Part shown: piece after piece, positions 1 to 10,240 of the stretch
Layout of the letters: every line of letters begins with the position of its first letter
Position numbering within the stretch: the first letter of the stretch is position 1
Assembly (NCBI GenBank): GCA_963826715.1
Contig: CAWGYA010000002.1
Coordinates: 1-64,000, forward strand
Length of the DNA stretch: 64,000 nt
Direction: 5' to 3'
From: Candidatus Bathyarchaeota archaeon
Lineage (GTDB): Archaea; Thermoproteota; Bathyarchaeia; Bathyarchaeales; Bathycorpusculaceae
Translations under genes and position numbers: made by a program
Notes under the pieces: generated by a model
Databases searched by the model: none
Seen by the model: the letters and a program-made list of their open reading frames with translations, nothing else
Told to the model about the DNA's origin: nothing

Positions 1-37
1 AAACCAGGAGAAGTCAAGTGCAAACATGGTTCACGAC

Positions 38-1171
38 TCAAACAGCCTTTAACGCCTGTTTAAATGCCTCAATCAACCGTATGTTCTCTTCTCGGGTTTT
101 AACTGCAACCCTAATGTAGAACTCGTTTAGCCCATTAAAGGAGCTACAGTCGCGGATTAATATGCCATGCTTGAGCATTCTGTGCTTTAACGAGTTAGCG
201 GTTATATCTGCGTTGCGGATGTCTATGAAGAAAAAGTTGGCATCCGGCGACTCAAAACTAAACCCCTTAAAAGCGCTCAGTTGTTCCTGTAGCCAAACTT
301 TTTCTTTTTTGATCAGTTCAATTGTTATTTTGAGGTGTTCTTCATCGTTAAATGCGGCGATGGCGGCTGCCTGACCTAAACAGTTAATGTTCCATGGAAT
401 CTTGGAGCATAGCAAAACATCGGCGATATCTTTTGAGGTGATGCCGTAACCAACGCGTAATCCTGTTAAGCCAAAAATCTTGGTAAATGAACGGAGCACA
501 AATAAGTTAGGGAACTTTGCGATTTTCGAGATCGCAGTCAGGGATTTTTCGTTATCTACAAACTCTAAGAAGTCTTCGTCAAGGAAAACTAAGACATCGT
601 TTTCAAGCGCCGTTTCAAGTATGTCGGTTAAGGTGTCTTTCGGGATTAGTTTGCTTGTGGGGTTGTTTGGGTTGCAGAGGAAAACCATTTTGCAGCCAGC
701 CATTGCAGTCTTGAAAGCTTCAGCCTCAATTTGGAAGGTGCTGCCGAGCCTAACGAATTTGGGTGATTCCCCAGTTTTGCGCACTGCGCTTTCATATTCG
801 CCGAAGGAGGGTGCTGTCATCAGTGCTTTGTCGCCCCGTTTGAGAAATGCCTCCGCGAAGAGGTACATAAGTTCTGTTGAGCCGTTTCCGACGACTATGT
901 TATCTCTATTTATACCGCTGAAATGGCTTGCAATAACCTTCCTTAGTTGGTTAGAGTTTGAGTCGGGGTAAGCCGTAATCTCGCTAAATGCGTCTCTCGC
1001 GGCATCTAGCGCCTTCTTGGATGGACCCAGTGGGTTCACGTTGGAGCTGAAATCCAAAATCTCTTGGGGTTCAAATCCGGTTTGCTCTGCGGCACCATGA
1101 ACTTCTGCGCCGTGGATGCACGGCTTCAAGTTTTTAATGTTATCTCTGACCAAACATTCGATAGGCTTCAT
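38..1171 (-). CDS. PLP-dependent threonine-phosphate decarboxylase (CobD-like) / histidinol-phosphate aminotransferase family
   Basis: HG...ILDFSSNVNPLG N-terminus, GNGSTE, CNPNNPT, RSFTKIFGLTGLRVGY PLP-lysine motif. Confidence 0.8.
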   Translation of the reverse strand: MKPIECLVRDNIKNLKPCIHGAEVHGAAEQTGFEPQEILDFSSNVNPLGPSKKALDAARDAFSEITAYPDSNSNQLRKVIASHFSGINRDNIVVGNGSTELMYLFAEAFLKRGDKALMTAPSFGEYESAVRKTGESPKFVRLGSTFQIEAEAFKTAMAGCKMVFLCNPNNPTSKLIPKDTLTDILETALENDVLVFLDEDFLEFVDNEKSLTAISKIAKFPNLFVLRSFTKIFGLTGLRVGYGITSKDIADVLLCSKIPWNINCLGQAAAIAAFNDEEHLKITIELIKKEKVWLQEQLSAFKGFSFESPDANFFFIDIRNADITANSLKHRMLKHGILIRDCSSFNGLNEFYIRVAVKTREENIRLIEAFKQALKAV

Positions 1172-1554
1172 TTTTTTCCCTTTGTATGCCGATAAACTGT
1201 GGTTTCTTTTTAACGTAAATCATATAAAGGTTTGGTTGGATGTTCCATCCAAATAGCATCTTAAGCAAAAGCCTTTTTGGGCATATACAAGAATGTTACT
1301 AAATGGTTTAGGGCCAAAAATTAGTTACGCGCGAAAGAATGAAGATGAGGATCACTGCATTTGAAGCACTAAAAGAAATTTTTTTGGAGCGAAAACCTGA
1401 TGCTCCAGTGGAACCGGTGCTTACTATTTCTGCCAACGATACGTCGTTTCATTGGTTAAATTCAAAACGCACTATGCTGATTTAGTAGCGAAAGGTAAAA
1501 TCAAAGAAAAATAACTTTAAGCCTCAACCAAGTTATTACGTTTAGGGCTGAGAT

Positions 1555-2352
1555 TTGAACGAACTCGTATTCGTAGGCTTAGGGTTAAACGATGAAAAGG
1601 GCATAACGGTTAACGGATTAGAGGAAACCAGAACTGCTGATGTGGTTTTCATGGAAACCTACACTAGTCGTATGCCTGGCTTCTCAATTGAACGCTTCGA
1701 GAGGCAATGTGGTAAAAAAATTCATTTGCTCACAAGACGCGATCTTGAAGAGAAAGACGGCAAACTCATCCTTCAAGCCGCAAAAGCGGGGAAAGCTGTG
1801 TTTTTGGTTCCAGGTGATCCATTCATCGCAACAACCCATGTCACACTGCGCATAGACGCACATAAACAGGGTATTCTCACAAGGGTGGTGCATGGAATTT
1901 CTATTATGTCCGCCATCGTGAGTATCTCGGGTTTGCATAACTACAAGTTCGGAAAAACCGTTACTGTGCCCTTTCCAGATAACTTCTCCGAAACTCCATA
2001 CAATGTGATAGCTCAAAACAAGAAGTTGGGTTTACATACTCTCTGCCTTTTAGATTTGAAGGAACCCGAAAATAGGTATTTGACGATTAATGAAGCCATA
2101 AAAATGCTGCACCAAGTTGAAGAGAAAAGGAAGTTGCATGTTATTACAACAGACACGGTTGCGATGGGCATCGCAAGGGCAGGGAGTAATATCCCCCAAT
2201 TAAAGGCAGATTTCATCTCGGACTTGGCGATCTTTGACTTTGGAGAGCCACCTTTTAGCCTAGTAGTTACGGGCGATCTGCATTTTATGGAGATTGACGC
2301 TTTGCTTGCTTTTGCCGGTGCACCCTCCAGTTTTAGGAGACTTGCTAAATGA
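1555..2352 (+). CDS. dph5: Diphthine synthase
   Basis: LVFVGLGL, METYTS, GDPFIATTH, YKFGKTVT, HTLCLLD motifs. Confidence 0.95.
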   Translation: MNELVFVGLGLNDEKGITVNGLEETRTADVVFMETYTSRMPGFSIERFERQCGKKIHLLTRRDLEEKDGKLILQAAKAGKAVFLVPGDPFIATTHVTLRIDAHKQGILTRVVHGISIMSAIVSISGLHNYKFGKTVTVPFPDNFSETPYNVIAQNKKLGLHTLCLLDLKEPENRYLTINEAIKMLHQVEEKRKLHVITTDTVAMGIARAGSNIPQLKADFISDLAIFDFGEPPFSLVVTGDLHFMEIDALLAFAGAPSSFRRLAK

Positions 2353-2633
2353 GCCTCTATAGACTGGCCGCAAAATACATTGGCTCCGCTGAGAAAGTAT
2401 TTGTTGAACTCAAGCGAACACAAACCCCTATAACCATAGCTGAAGGTACGGTTGCGGAGGTTCTACGTTGGGCAGTCGATTATCTTGAAGATGCAAAGTA
2501 TTATAAGACCCAAGGCAAGCTTGAAACCAGTTTGACCTCGGTAGCTTACTGTGAAGGGCTACTTGATGCGTTAAGATTGATCGGTGCAGTGACATTTGTA
2601 TGGCCAAGTCAAAAGCAAGAACCCGAAAAGTAG
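2349..2633 (+). CDS. DUF357-family protein
   Basis: YLEDAKYY...AYCEGLLDALR motif; typical position after dph5. Confidence 0.8.
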   Translation: MSLYRLAAKYIGSAEKVFVELKRTQTPITIAEGTVAEVLRWAVDYLEDAKYYKTQGKLETSLTSVAYCEGLLDALRLIGAVTFVWPSQKQEPEK

Positions 2634-3064
2634 TGTTAGCATCAGGAGTCTTTGACCTGCTGCATCTTGGGCACGTAAGGTTCTTGGAAGACGCCAAAAA
2701 AGCAGGAGGACAGAATGCTAACTTAATCGTTATAATCGCCAAGGACAGTACAGCCGAGAAAACCAAGGGAAAAAAACCCATCATGAACGAGAATGAACGT
2801 TGTTCCCTCGTTCAGTCATTAAAAGTGGTTGATACTGCAGTGCTGGGTTATGAGGGATTAGCGATCGGCGAAGTGATAGGGAAAATAAAGCCAGATATCA
2901 TCGCACTTGGTTATGACCAAGCAGAGATGGAGCGAGACGTTAAACAATACTTGGCGGCGCATAAACAGCCCATTGTGGTCGTGCGGATTGGCAAATTTGG
3001 GCAGAATACTTTAGATAGCTCCACGAAGATTAAACAAAAAATAATTGATAAACTCACCAAGTAA
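2600..3064 (+). CDS. ribL: Archaeal FAD synthase (cytidylyltransferase family)
   Basis: GVFDLLHLGH (HxGH), KPDIIALGYDQ, SSTKI; close to ribK. Confidence 0.85.
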   Translation: MAKSKARTRKVVLASGVFDLLHLGHVRFLEDAKKAGGQNANLIVIIAKDSTAEKTKGKKPIMNENERCSLVQSLKVVDTAVLGYEGLAIGEVIGKIKPDIIALGYDQAEMERDVKQYLAAHKQPIVVVRIGKFGQNTLDSSTKIKQKIIDKLTK

Positions 3065-3075
3065 CGGTTTGAGCC

Positions 3076-3681
3076 ATGAATTGTGAGAAATACAAGCCCA
3101 CCTACATCCTCATAGCCCTAAACGTGATTATTTACATTTACGGCGCCATAGTCGGAGGAGATGCTTTGACCACAGGTAACAACGTTGTTTACGTGTGGGG
3201 TCAAGTTAACGCCTTTGTGTTTGAGGGCGCGTATTGGCAACTTATTACATCCATGTTCATACATGCCTCGGTTTTTCACTTAGTCGGTAACATGCTCTTC
3301 CTCTTAATTTTTGGTTTGAGGGGCGAAGAAATGTTTTCTCTTCCTGAATACCTTGCTATTTATCTCCTCGGCGGCTTAGCTGGGAATCTTCTGTCTTTAT
3401 TGTTTGGTCCATACTTTATTTCCGTTGGAGCGTCAGGTGCAATCTTTGCATTGTTTGGGGCATGTGTAATTTACGATAGGCGTTCTGTGCGGCAATCCAT
3501 TTTAGGTGGACTGGTTTTCGCGTTCTTTCTCTTTTTCATTAACACAGGTGAGAGCACAAATATTTTAGCGCATTTAGGCGGTTTAGTTTTCGGCTTAATC
3601 TTGGGCTACTTAATAGCATCGAAGCGAAAACCGGATCAAACGCATTCGACTGAATTCAAGTATCGAACAACACCGTTTTAG
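3076..3681 (+). CDS. Rhomboid intramembrane serine protease
   Basis: WQLITSMFIH, HLVGNM, GASG, AHLGG. Confidence 0.95.
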   Translation: MNCEKYKPTYILIALNVIIYIYGAIVGGDALTTGNNVVYVWGQVNAFVFEGAYWQLITSMFIHASVFHLVGNMLFLLIFGLRGEEMFSLPEYLAIYLLGGLAGNLLSLLFGPYFISVGASGAIFALFGACVIYDRRSVRQSILGGLVFAFFLFFINTGESTNILAHLGGLVFGLILGYLIASKRKPDQTHSTEFKYRTTPF

Positions 3682-3683
3682 GG

Positions 3684-4373
3684 TTAATTTGTTGTGCAGA
3701 CTTCCACTTTTACTTTGTTGCCGTCTTTAAGCCCCAACTGTTTTCGTAAGCACACAGGCGCAATTATCTCTAAGACAGATGCGTCATAGTGACTGCGTAG
3801 CGCAGTTACCAGAGCACCTTTGACTTTGCCCCCGATGATTGTGGGGTAGCATTTGACGAGTCCGAAGGTGCGGTCTTCGTTTTGAAAACCCATAACTTCC
3901 AATGCGGGATACGCTTCGAGTTCCATGCGTGTTTTAATGTCGTAATCGGATGACAGCTTCAGGTTAAGGGTGCCCGGGTAAGGTTCAAAGCCCATTTTTT
4001 CTACAATCTGTTTTCGGTAGGAATCTTTAGAAATGTAGTATGCGCCTTCGCCTAAACCAGTGAAAACGGTGCCTTCCAAAGTAACCGACGGTGGATAATT
4101 TTTTTCCATTAGCACTTTTAGGCTTGAATATAGCTTCTGCAATTCACGGATTCCCTGATCTTGGATTTTAATTAGGCTCCCATTAGGAGTGATTTTGCGA
4201 GTTATCCACTCCGCACGTTCCAGCTCGATGAGGTAGCGTGAGGCAGTTTGTTGGCTAATTCCGAGTTTCTGGGCTATGTATTCAGTTGAAATCTTGGCGG
4301 TTCGCCGGTATGCGCCCATCTCGCCTAGTTTTAGGAGAATGTAGATGTGCTGCCACTGCTGCTTTTCTGTCAC
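3684..4373 (-). CDS. ribK: CTP-dependent riboflavin kinase with N-terminal wHTH
   Basis: SQQTASR HTH; GLGEGAYY, PYPGTLN, EIIAPVCLR. Confidence 0.95.
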   Translation of the reverse strand: MTEKQQWQHIYILLKLGEMGAYRRTAKISTEYIAQKLGISQQTASRYLIELERAEWITRKITPNGSLIKIQDQGIRELQKLYSSLKVLMEKNYPPSVTLEGTVFTGLGEGAYYISKDSYRKQIVEKMGFEPYPGTLNLKLSSDYDIKTRMELEAYPALEVMGFQNEDRTFGLVKCYPTIIGGKVKGALVTALRSHYDASVLEIIAPVCLRKQLGLKDGNKVKVEVCTTN

Positions 4374-4567
4374 GCTTGGGGTCTCCAGTATTTAAGAGAT
4401 AAGTGGTTTCATATTTAAGCGGCTCGAAACCAACCCGTTTGTTTTTTACTCGAACAGCTGTGTTTTTTCACTATTTTCGCTTCCTGAAACTTCCACATTG
4501 GCGCTAACCAATATAGAAGCCTCCAAAAAAGGTAAAAGGGGTTTGCGTGGGTGATATCACCAGCATT

Positions 4568-4596
4568 CGCATGTTCAAACCCTGCCCTCGGCACCA
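4568..4596 (+). repeat. Degenerate tRNA 3'-end fragment (att-like relic) 1
   Basis: GCATG-TTCAAAC-CCTGC-CCTCGGC-A-CCA: T-arm, acceptor 3' strand and CCA; no 5' half upstream. Confidence 0.75.
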
Positions 4597-4693
4597 AATA
4601 CCCTTAATTTGAGGTTATTTTACAATATTGGGCATAAATTACAATATTATGTGCGCTCTGCAAGGAGAGGGTAATGAGATAATACTTAGAAGG
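4585..4693 (+). repeat. Repeat block A, copy 1 (copy 2 at ~14638-14745)
   Basis: ccctcggcaccaaata..cttaattt...caatattgggcataaattacaa.attat.tgcgctctgcaa...gtaatgagat shared. Confidence 0.9.
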
Positions 4694-4901
4694 ATAGCCA
4701 AAAGCATAATGTCTTGCACAGGTGAGCGAAGTTTGGTAGAGATTCAAGAGTCTAAGCACGCAAACACTCAATAAGCATAGCCCTTTCAAAGGATGTATTA
4801 GAGAAAATGGATGAAAAAGCTTTAAAACAGAAGAAGTCAAGAAGTGAATTCATAGAGCCTCACTTTGAAACATTATTCTTTGCTCCACACGAATAAGAAG
4901 A

Positions 4902-7900
4902 CTAACTTGAACCCAAGTTACCTATTGTTTTTTGGGGTGGAAACCGTACAATGAAAGTTGTGCCATCCCCTTCTTTACTTTCAAATGTTACTGTTCCGTT
5001 TAATGCTTCAGTCATACGCTTGACCACAGCTAATCCTAAGCCCTGACCTTTAGATTTAGTAGTGAAGAACGGAGTGAAAAGTTTTGGTTTGACTTTATCA
5101 GGTATTCCAATGCCGGTATCTTGAATTGTGATAACGCTGTCGCCTTCTTCTTGGCGTGCTCTCATGGTTAATTCTCCGCCGTTAGGCATAGCTTGAACTG
5201 CATTAGTAACCAGATTGCCAAGAATACGCTTCAATAAAGCACTGTCAACCATGATTGTTTTAGCAGTCTTCTCAACATTGCATGAAACTTTGATGTTTTT
5301 AGGCATCTTATTTCCCAAAAAGCAATTCCTTACATAAAGCTTCCAAGTCAGTTTCTTGAGCAACAGGGTCATTTATCTTCGCATAGTCTTGAAGGTCAGC
5401 CACAATCTTGTTAATATAATCAATGTTTTTCTCGATTTCGTCCAAGCTTTCTAATGCATTCTTTTTCTCATACTCTCACATGTTGACGCCAATTCTGTTT
5501 TAGCTAAATAGACGTCACCTGTAATAGCTTGCAGTGGATTTCGAATATCATGACCCACCATACCTGCTGTCTCGCCTATAGCTGCCAGACGTAGCGCTTT
5601 TTCAAGCTTTTTTCTATCATCAATATCGACAAAAGACAAAACAGCACCATCTATCCTGTCTTCTTGTGTTATGTAAGGTCGAATTCGCAATTCATAATAA
5701 TGACCTTGCGCATCCTTCACTTCTTGGGTAATACCACTTAATTTTGATGACACTTCTGAAATTATTTCACCTAAACCTTCAACTATCACGTTCAGTTTGA
5801 TAGTCGTTATCGGCATTCCAACCGTTGATGGTGAAAGATTCAGAATTTTCTGTGCTGAAGGCGAAAACAGCCTAACCTTTAAGCCTTTATCGATGATAAC
5901 AATAGCTGGATCCACGTTCCTATTCAAATTCGTTAAGTCATCATTTAACTGGGCAAGAGTTTGATTTCGGTTCTTCACCTCATCATTTAACGTCTTTAAT
6001 TCTTCATTGCTAGATTGAAGCTCTTCCTTGGCAGTTTCCAATTCTTCGTTTGTGCTCTGCAACTCCTCATTGCTCGACTGTGCCTCCTCCATAGTGGTTC
6101 TCAGTTCTTCATTTGTTGCTTCTTGAGTTTCAATAATTCTCTGCAAAGTCTGTTTAGTTGAATCCAGTTCTTCCCTGAGCTCTCTATTTTGGCGGTCCTT
6201 AACGTTTTCCCGACCTTCAGGAGTGATATTTAACTCCATTGTTTGGCGTAAGAGCGCTGCCGCTGAACTGACATCCTCGAACAATAGAAGGAAAAATGGA
6301 GCCTCATACTGTTCAACATGCATCGGCAAAACTTGAATGTTGATTGTTTTCTGTTCTCCAGCATATTCAAACCGAACAGCATTTTCTTTGACAGGTTTAT
6401 CCTCTTTCTTTGCCCTGTAGATTATCGTCTGCACTTCAGACCTTAACTCTTTGCGAATAATCTTTGCCAGATTCAAACTCGCCAATCCAGATTCGGGCAA
6501 AACATACGGTGCAATATTTCCTCGAAAAATAAGAACATCCAAATCAGCATTAACCAGTAAAGCTGCAGGGACATATTCGGTGACTAATAAATGGTCCACC
6601 TCATCTTTCAACACTGAAAGAGCATCTTTCTTTTCGCATTCTTTGCCTTCTTTAGGCTTTAAATAGGGCGCTGATGCTTGCAACCTAAAAGTAACCTTGG
6701 GCTGAGCTCTCTTTTTCATGTAGATAGCGCCCCTTTTGTTTACAGGTTCAAAAAGTGGGTGAATTTTCCAATACTTTCCGATTGTCCTATGACAAGAAAA
6801 CCACCCATTTTTAAGGCGTAATGCAGTGTAGGCACTACTCTTTCGTGGAGGTATTCATCAAAGTAGATGAGCATGTTGCGGCAACTGATAAGATCCATGT
6901 TGGAAAAGGGCGGGTCAGCCGTTATGTCTTGCTTTGCAAAAATGCACTTGTCTCGAATGGGTTTGGAGATTTGATAGTTGCCGTTAGAAGTTTTGAAGAA
7001 ATGTTTCAGTCGTTTTTCGTTGACTTCGGTTTCTATTGTTGTTGGGTAGATTCCTTGTCTTGCTTTTTCAATGTTTTTTTCGTTTACGTCTGTTCCGAAA
7101 ATTTGAAATTGAAGATCAGTTGCGGAGTTTTCTTCGAGGTATTCTTGAATCGCTAATGGCGAATGAATAAGCTTCTTCTCCTGTTGAGCAGGCTGGAATC
7201 CAAACTCTAATAGGTTCTTTTGGCTGGCGATTTTTTACTAAATAGGAAAAAACTGTTTCTTTAAGTGCAACAAATGTTTCAGGTTCTCTAAAGAAGCTTG
7301 TTACTCCGATTAGCATGTCATTGTATAATGCTTCCAACTCGTTTGGATGCGTCTGCAAGAACTTTGTGTAATTAGCCATTTTCTCTATATGGTTAATTAC
7401 CATTCGACGTGTGACACGTCGGTTTACGACTGTTTCTTTGTAGTGTGAAAAATCAACATTGTAATTGGATTTTAGCATGGTAAATATTGCGTTTAAGCCT
7501 TTTTCCTTCGTTGGTTTTTCTTCCCTTTGTTCGGTTTCATCTCTTGTTGCAATTTCCTCTCGTGCTATGTGAGGGTTCTTGGCGATTTTTTGCAGCTCTA
7601 ATGCAATCTTGTTTGGAGAAAGAACAAAATCCGTGGCTTCCGCTGAAATTGCACTTTGGGGCATGTCTCCATACTGGGCTGAGTCTGGAGTTTGCGCGAA
7701 AGTTATTCCTCCTTGAGCTTTGATTGCTTTTAGGCCTTCAGTCCCATCAGAGCCCGTACCTGAAAGTACTATTCCAATGCTTTGGCTTTTCAAATCTTCA
7801 GATAGAGAAATAAAGAAAGTGTCAATAGGTTTCAGAGACTTACCCTTCGAGGTAAGCTTTAGAACATGTTTTTCAATGGTCATTGTTACTCCTGGTGGAA

Positions 7901-8141
7901 TAACGTAAACATGATTAGGTTCAACTATCAGCCCATCTTTGACTACTTGGACAGGAATTTTGGTAAATCTTGAAAGAATATCTGTCAGCATGCTTTCTTG
8001 ACCTGCTGCCAGATGCTGGACAACGACAAAAGACAAACCTGTATCGACGGGTAACCATTCGAAGAAAGCCTTGAAGGCTTCTAAGCCGCCCGCTAAAGCG
8101 CCAATCGCAACTGTAATGACTGATTGTTTAGTTTTGGACAT
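4902..8141 (-). pseudogene. CheB/CheR-PAS-histidine kinase fusion, fragmented
   Basis: 7116-8141 CheB plus CheR N-part (GVTSFFRE, CSTGEEAYS); 5451-6719 coiled coil NEELQS/PAS/HisKA (GHDIRNPL); 4902-5372 HATPase; several frameshifts; CheB GASAGG serine reads GALAGG. Confidence 0.85.
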
Positions 8142-8430
8142 TTAATGAACTCCATTTTACAAATTTGCTACTCCACAGGCAGTGTTGAATCTGCCAAAGT
8201 TAGTTAAGCCTTGATTGCTAACTATTTACTTAGCTTACCATCTAGTACTTATGCTGTATGTATGAAACAAGAAAAGTACTTCCAGATTGCCTATTGATAA
8301 ATTTACTAACCTGAAATTACCTTTTAAGAAAGAAATGGTTCATGGGAGTGCAATATTCGATTTCCTTTTCAGTTTCTACCCAATCATTTAGAGCAAAGGA
8401 TGGAAGTGCCCAATGCTAGCCTCTCACTAC

Positions 8431-8500
8431 GAAGAACGTTTATACTCAAAGACTTTGTCAGAAAAGCAAAATAACGGTTAAAGCAAATTATATTGTTTAC
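8431..8500 (+). repeat. Repeat block B, copy 1 (copy 2 at ~14741-14810)
   Basis: gaacgttt.tactca.agacttt.tc.gaaaagc.aaataa.ggtt.aagcaaa shared. Confidence 0.85.
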
Positions 8501-8679
8501 TGGTAAATTGGGTCTATGATCCCCTCTTATTTTGTGTACCTACCGTTTCTTCTGGATGCAACACAATTCGGTTAGGCCATTCGTAATAGCCTTCTATGCC
8601 TCTCCAAAAGCAGCTACACCAACACTAACCTTAAAAAAATTAATTAAGCATAACCCATAACAGAATATGAGGAAAAAAC

Positions 8680-8880
8680 ATGCCTTTTGTACAAGTAAAC
8701 CTGTGGTCAGGAATAACCCTTGAAAACAAGAAAAAAATTGTCCAAGGAATAACCAAAGTTTTCATCGATATAGGCATCCCAGCAGAAGCCGCAACAATTA
8801 TCTTAATTGAATAACCCAAAGAAAACTGGGCAACAGGCGGTAAACTTCACTCTGAAAAAGACCCAGACTACCTACAATGA
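8680..8880 (+). pseudogene. 4-oxalocrotonate tautomerase family, internal TAA
   Basis: MPFVQVNLWSG...IILIE*PKENWATGG; in-frame stop at 8812-8814; not in the ORF track. Confidence 0.85.
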
Positions 8881-9052
8881 AAACAGCTATCCAGCTCACT
8901 ATTACAGATCTCAGGGGTTAGGTAGTCTTCTTGGGTTGTATAACAAAGACGTCAATATAGTTGTTGAAGAAGTATTAGGTAACCAACCTAAAGACATGCA
9001 CAGTTTTGTGTTAATTGACAATGAAGGCTTCAACCTTAACTTGAATAGCATC

Positions 9053-9230
9053 CCATGTGGGCGCCTTTAAATTCGAAGAAAAAGACAGCAAAAAGAAAAC
9101 TGTGATAAACCCAAACACCTGCATTGTATTCTGCAGAGGTTGCGAGGGCATCTGTCCCGTCGAAGCCATCACACACCCTTCGGAAGAGGAAATCCAAAAA
9201 ATAATCGACAAATTAAAACCAGCAGCATAG
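9053..9230 (+). pseudogene. 4Fe-4S ferredoxin, C-terminal fragment
   Basis: VINPNTCIVFCRGCEGICPVEAITHP; the N-terminal cluster motif is missing. Confidence 0.7.
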
Positions 9231-9254
9231 CAACCCTGCAAACAATAGTGGATA

Positions 9255-9725
9255 GTGATAGAGCACGCTGATTTCAACAGAAGCATGAACGGCTGGAGCC
9301 TCTACTCAGCCCAAGGCGGCTACAGCACAACGTACTTCTACTCCTCACCCTCCTCAGTCCGCGTCACATATACGGGCACCTCAAACTATGGACCAGGCTA
9401 CCTCAAAAAAACCATAACTGTAGGCTCCTACTCAAGGGCACGGCTTATTTTTCATCACTATGGCAGAAGCGGAAGCGACTACCAAAACAACGACGGGTTC
9501 GAGCTATCAATCGCAGGAGTCCTAAAGAAACAACGAGCTCTACCGTTGCCCTTCAACCCATGGAACCGCATTGCTACACTCCTTGCGTTTGGAACCGTGC
9601 TAATAGTTTTGGGCATCGTCCTCTTTTTTGCAAAAGGAATCCAAGATGCGCTCGTATTACCCATCTTTGGAGTGGTATTGCTTATTGCCGGAATTCTTTA
9701 TAAGCCACGCAAGAAAAAGACTTAA
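9255..9725 (+). CDS. Hypothetical, possibly chimeric (beta-rich N-part plus 2-TM C-part)
   Basis: ORF with abrupt compositional change near residue 95. Confidence 0.4.
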   Translation: MIEHADFNRSMNGWSLYSAQGGYSTTYFYSSPSSVRVTYTGTSNYGPGYLKKTITVGSYSRARLIFHHYGRSGSDYQNNDGFELSIAGVLKKQRALPLPFNPWNRIATLLAFGTVLIVLGIVLFFAKGIQDALVLPIFGVVLLIAGILYKPRKKKT

Positions 9726-10240
9726 AAAAAGTACTAGCGACGCACCGTAGAGCCCAAAATAATTCATGTGAGCGTCTTTTTAGTGGTAAAATTCGGATAG
9801 GATCCCCCACCCAGCGCATAGAGAAAAAAATCAGAAGTCAAGTGTTAAGAAAATGTTTTTAACACTTTTGGGTATGGGGACGGGCACCTACATTTGGTCA
9901 AAAATCGCAAAGATTAGTCTTATTCAAACATGCCAACTAATCACTCCACTGAAATTTACTTCTGAATAGGAGAACGCCTCTACCATTACCCATGTACTAC
10001 GTCGACGAAATATTGGTCATATCCAAATAAGTTTAACTTGATGAATTATTTCGTACAGGATCACCAAAGTCTAAAGCGGGCATTTCCACCTATTTTCAAA
10101 TAAATTAAACAGGACTACCTCATCAAAACCGTTAACGCCTACGCTAAACAAAAACGCTGCAAGCAAAAAGCACTAACACATTATTGGGCAAACACGGTAG
10201 TAACTCAAAAAAGCAACCAAATTATTTTAAAAAGAAGTAA

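Noticed and set aside
480-971. Long antisense ORFs here and over other genes
   Set aside because: Shadow frames of well-supported genes on the opposite strand.
1402-1414. ORB-like GCTCCAGTGGAAC
   Set aside because: Single copy in a short intergenic region with no partner box or initiator gene.
4415-4597. ORFs starting MVPRAGFE / MVPRAS (also 14439-14651)
   Set aside because: These are the antisense reading of tRNA 3' ends. No integrase motifs follow, so an SSV-type split integrase is not supported.
8812-8814. Stop-codon recoding in the tautomerase
   Set aside because: The stop is TAA rather than TGA/TAG, and it lies among other decayed genes.
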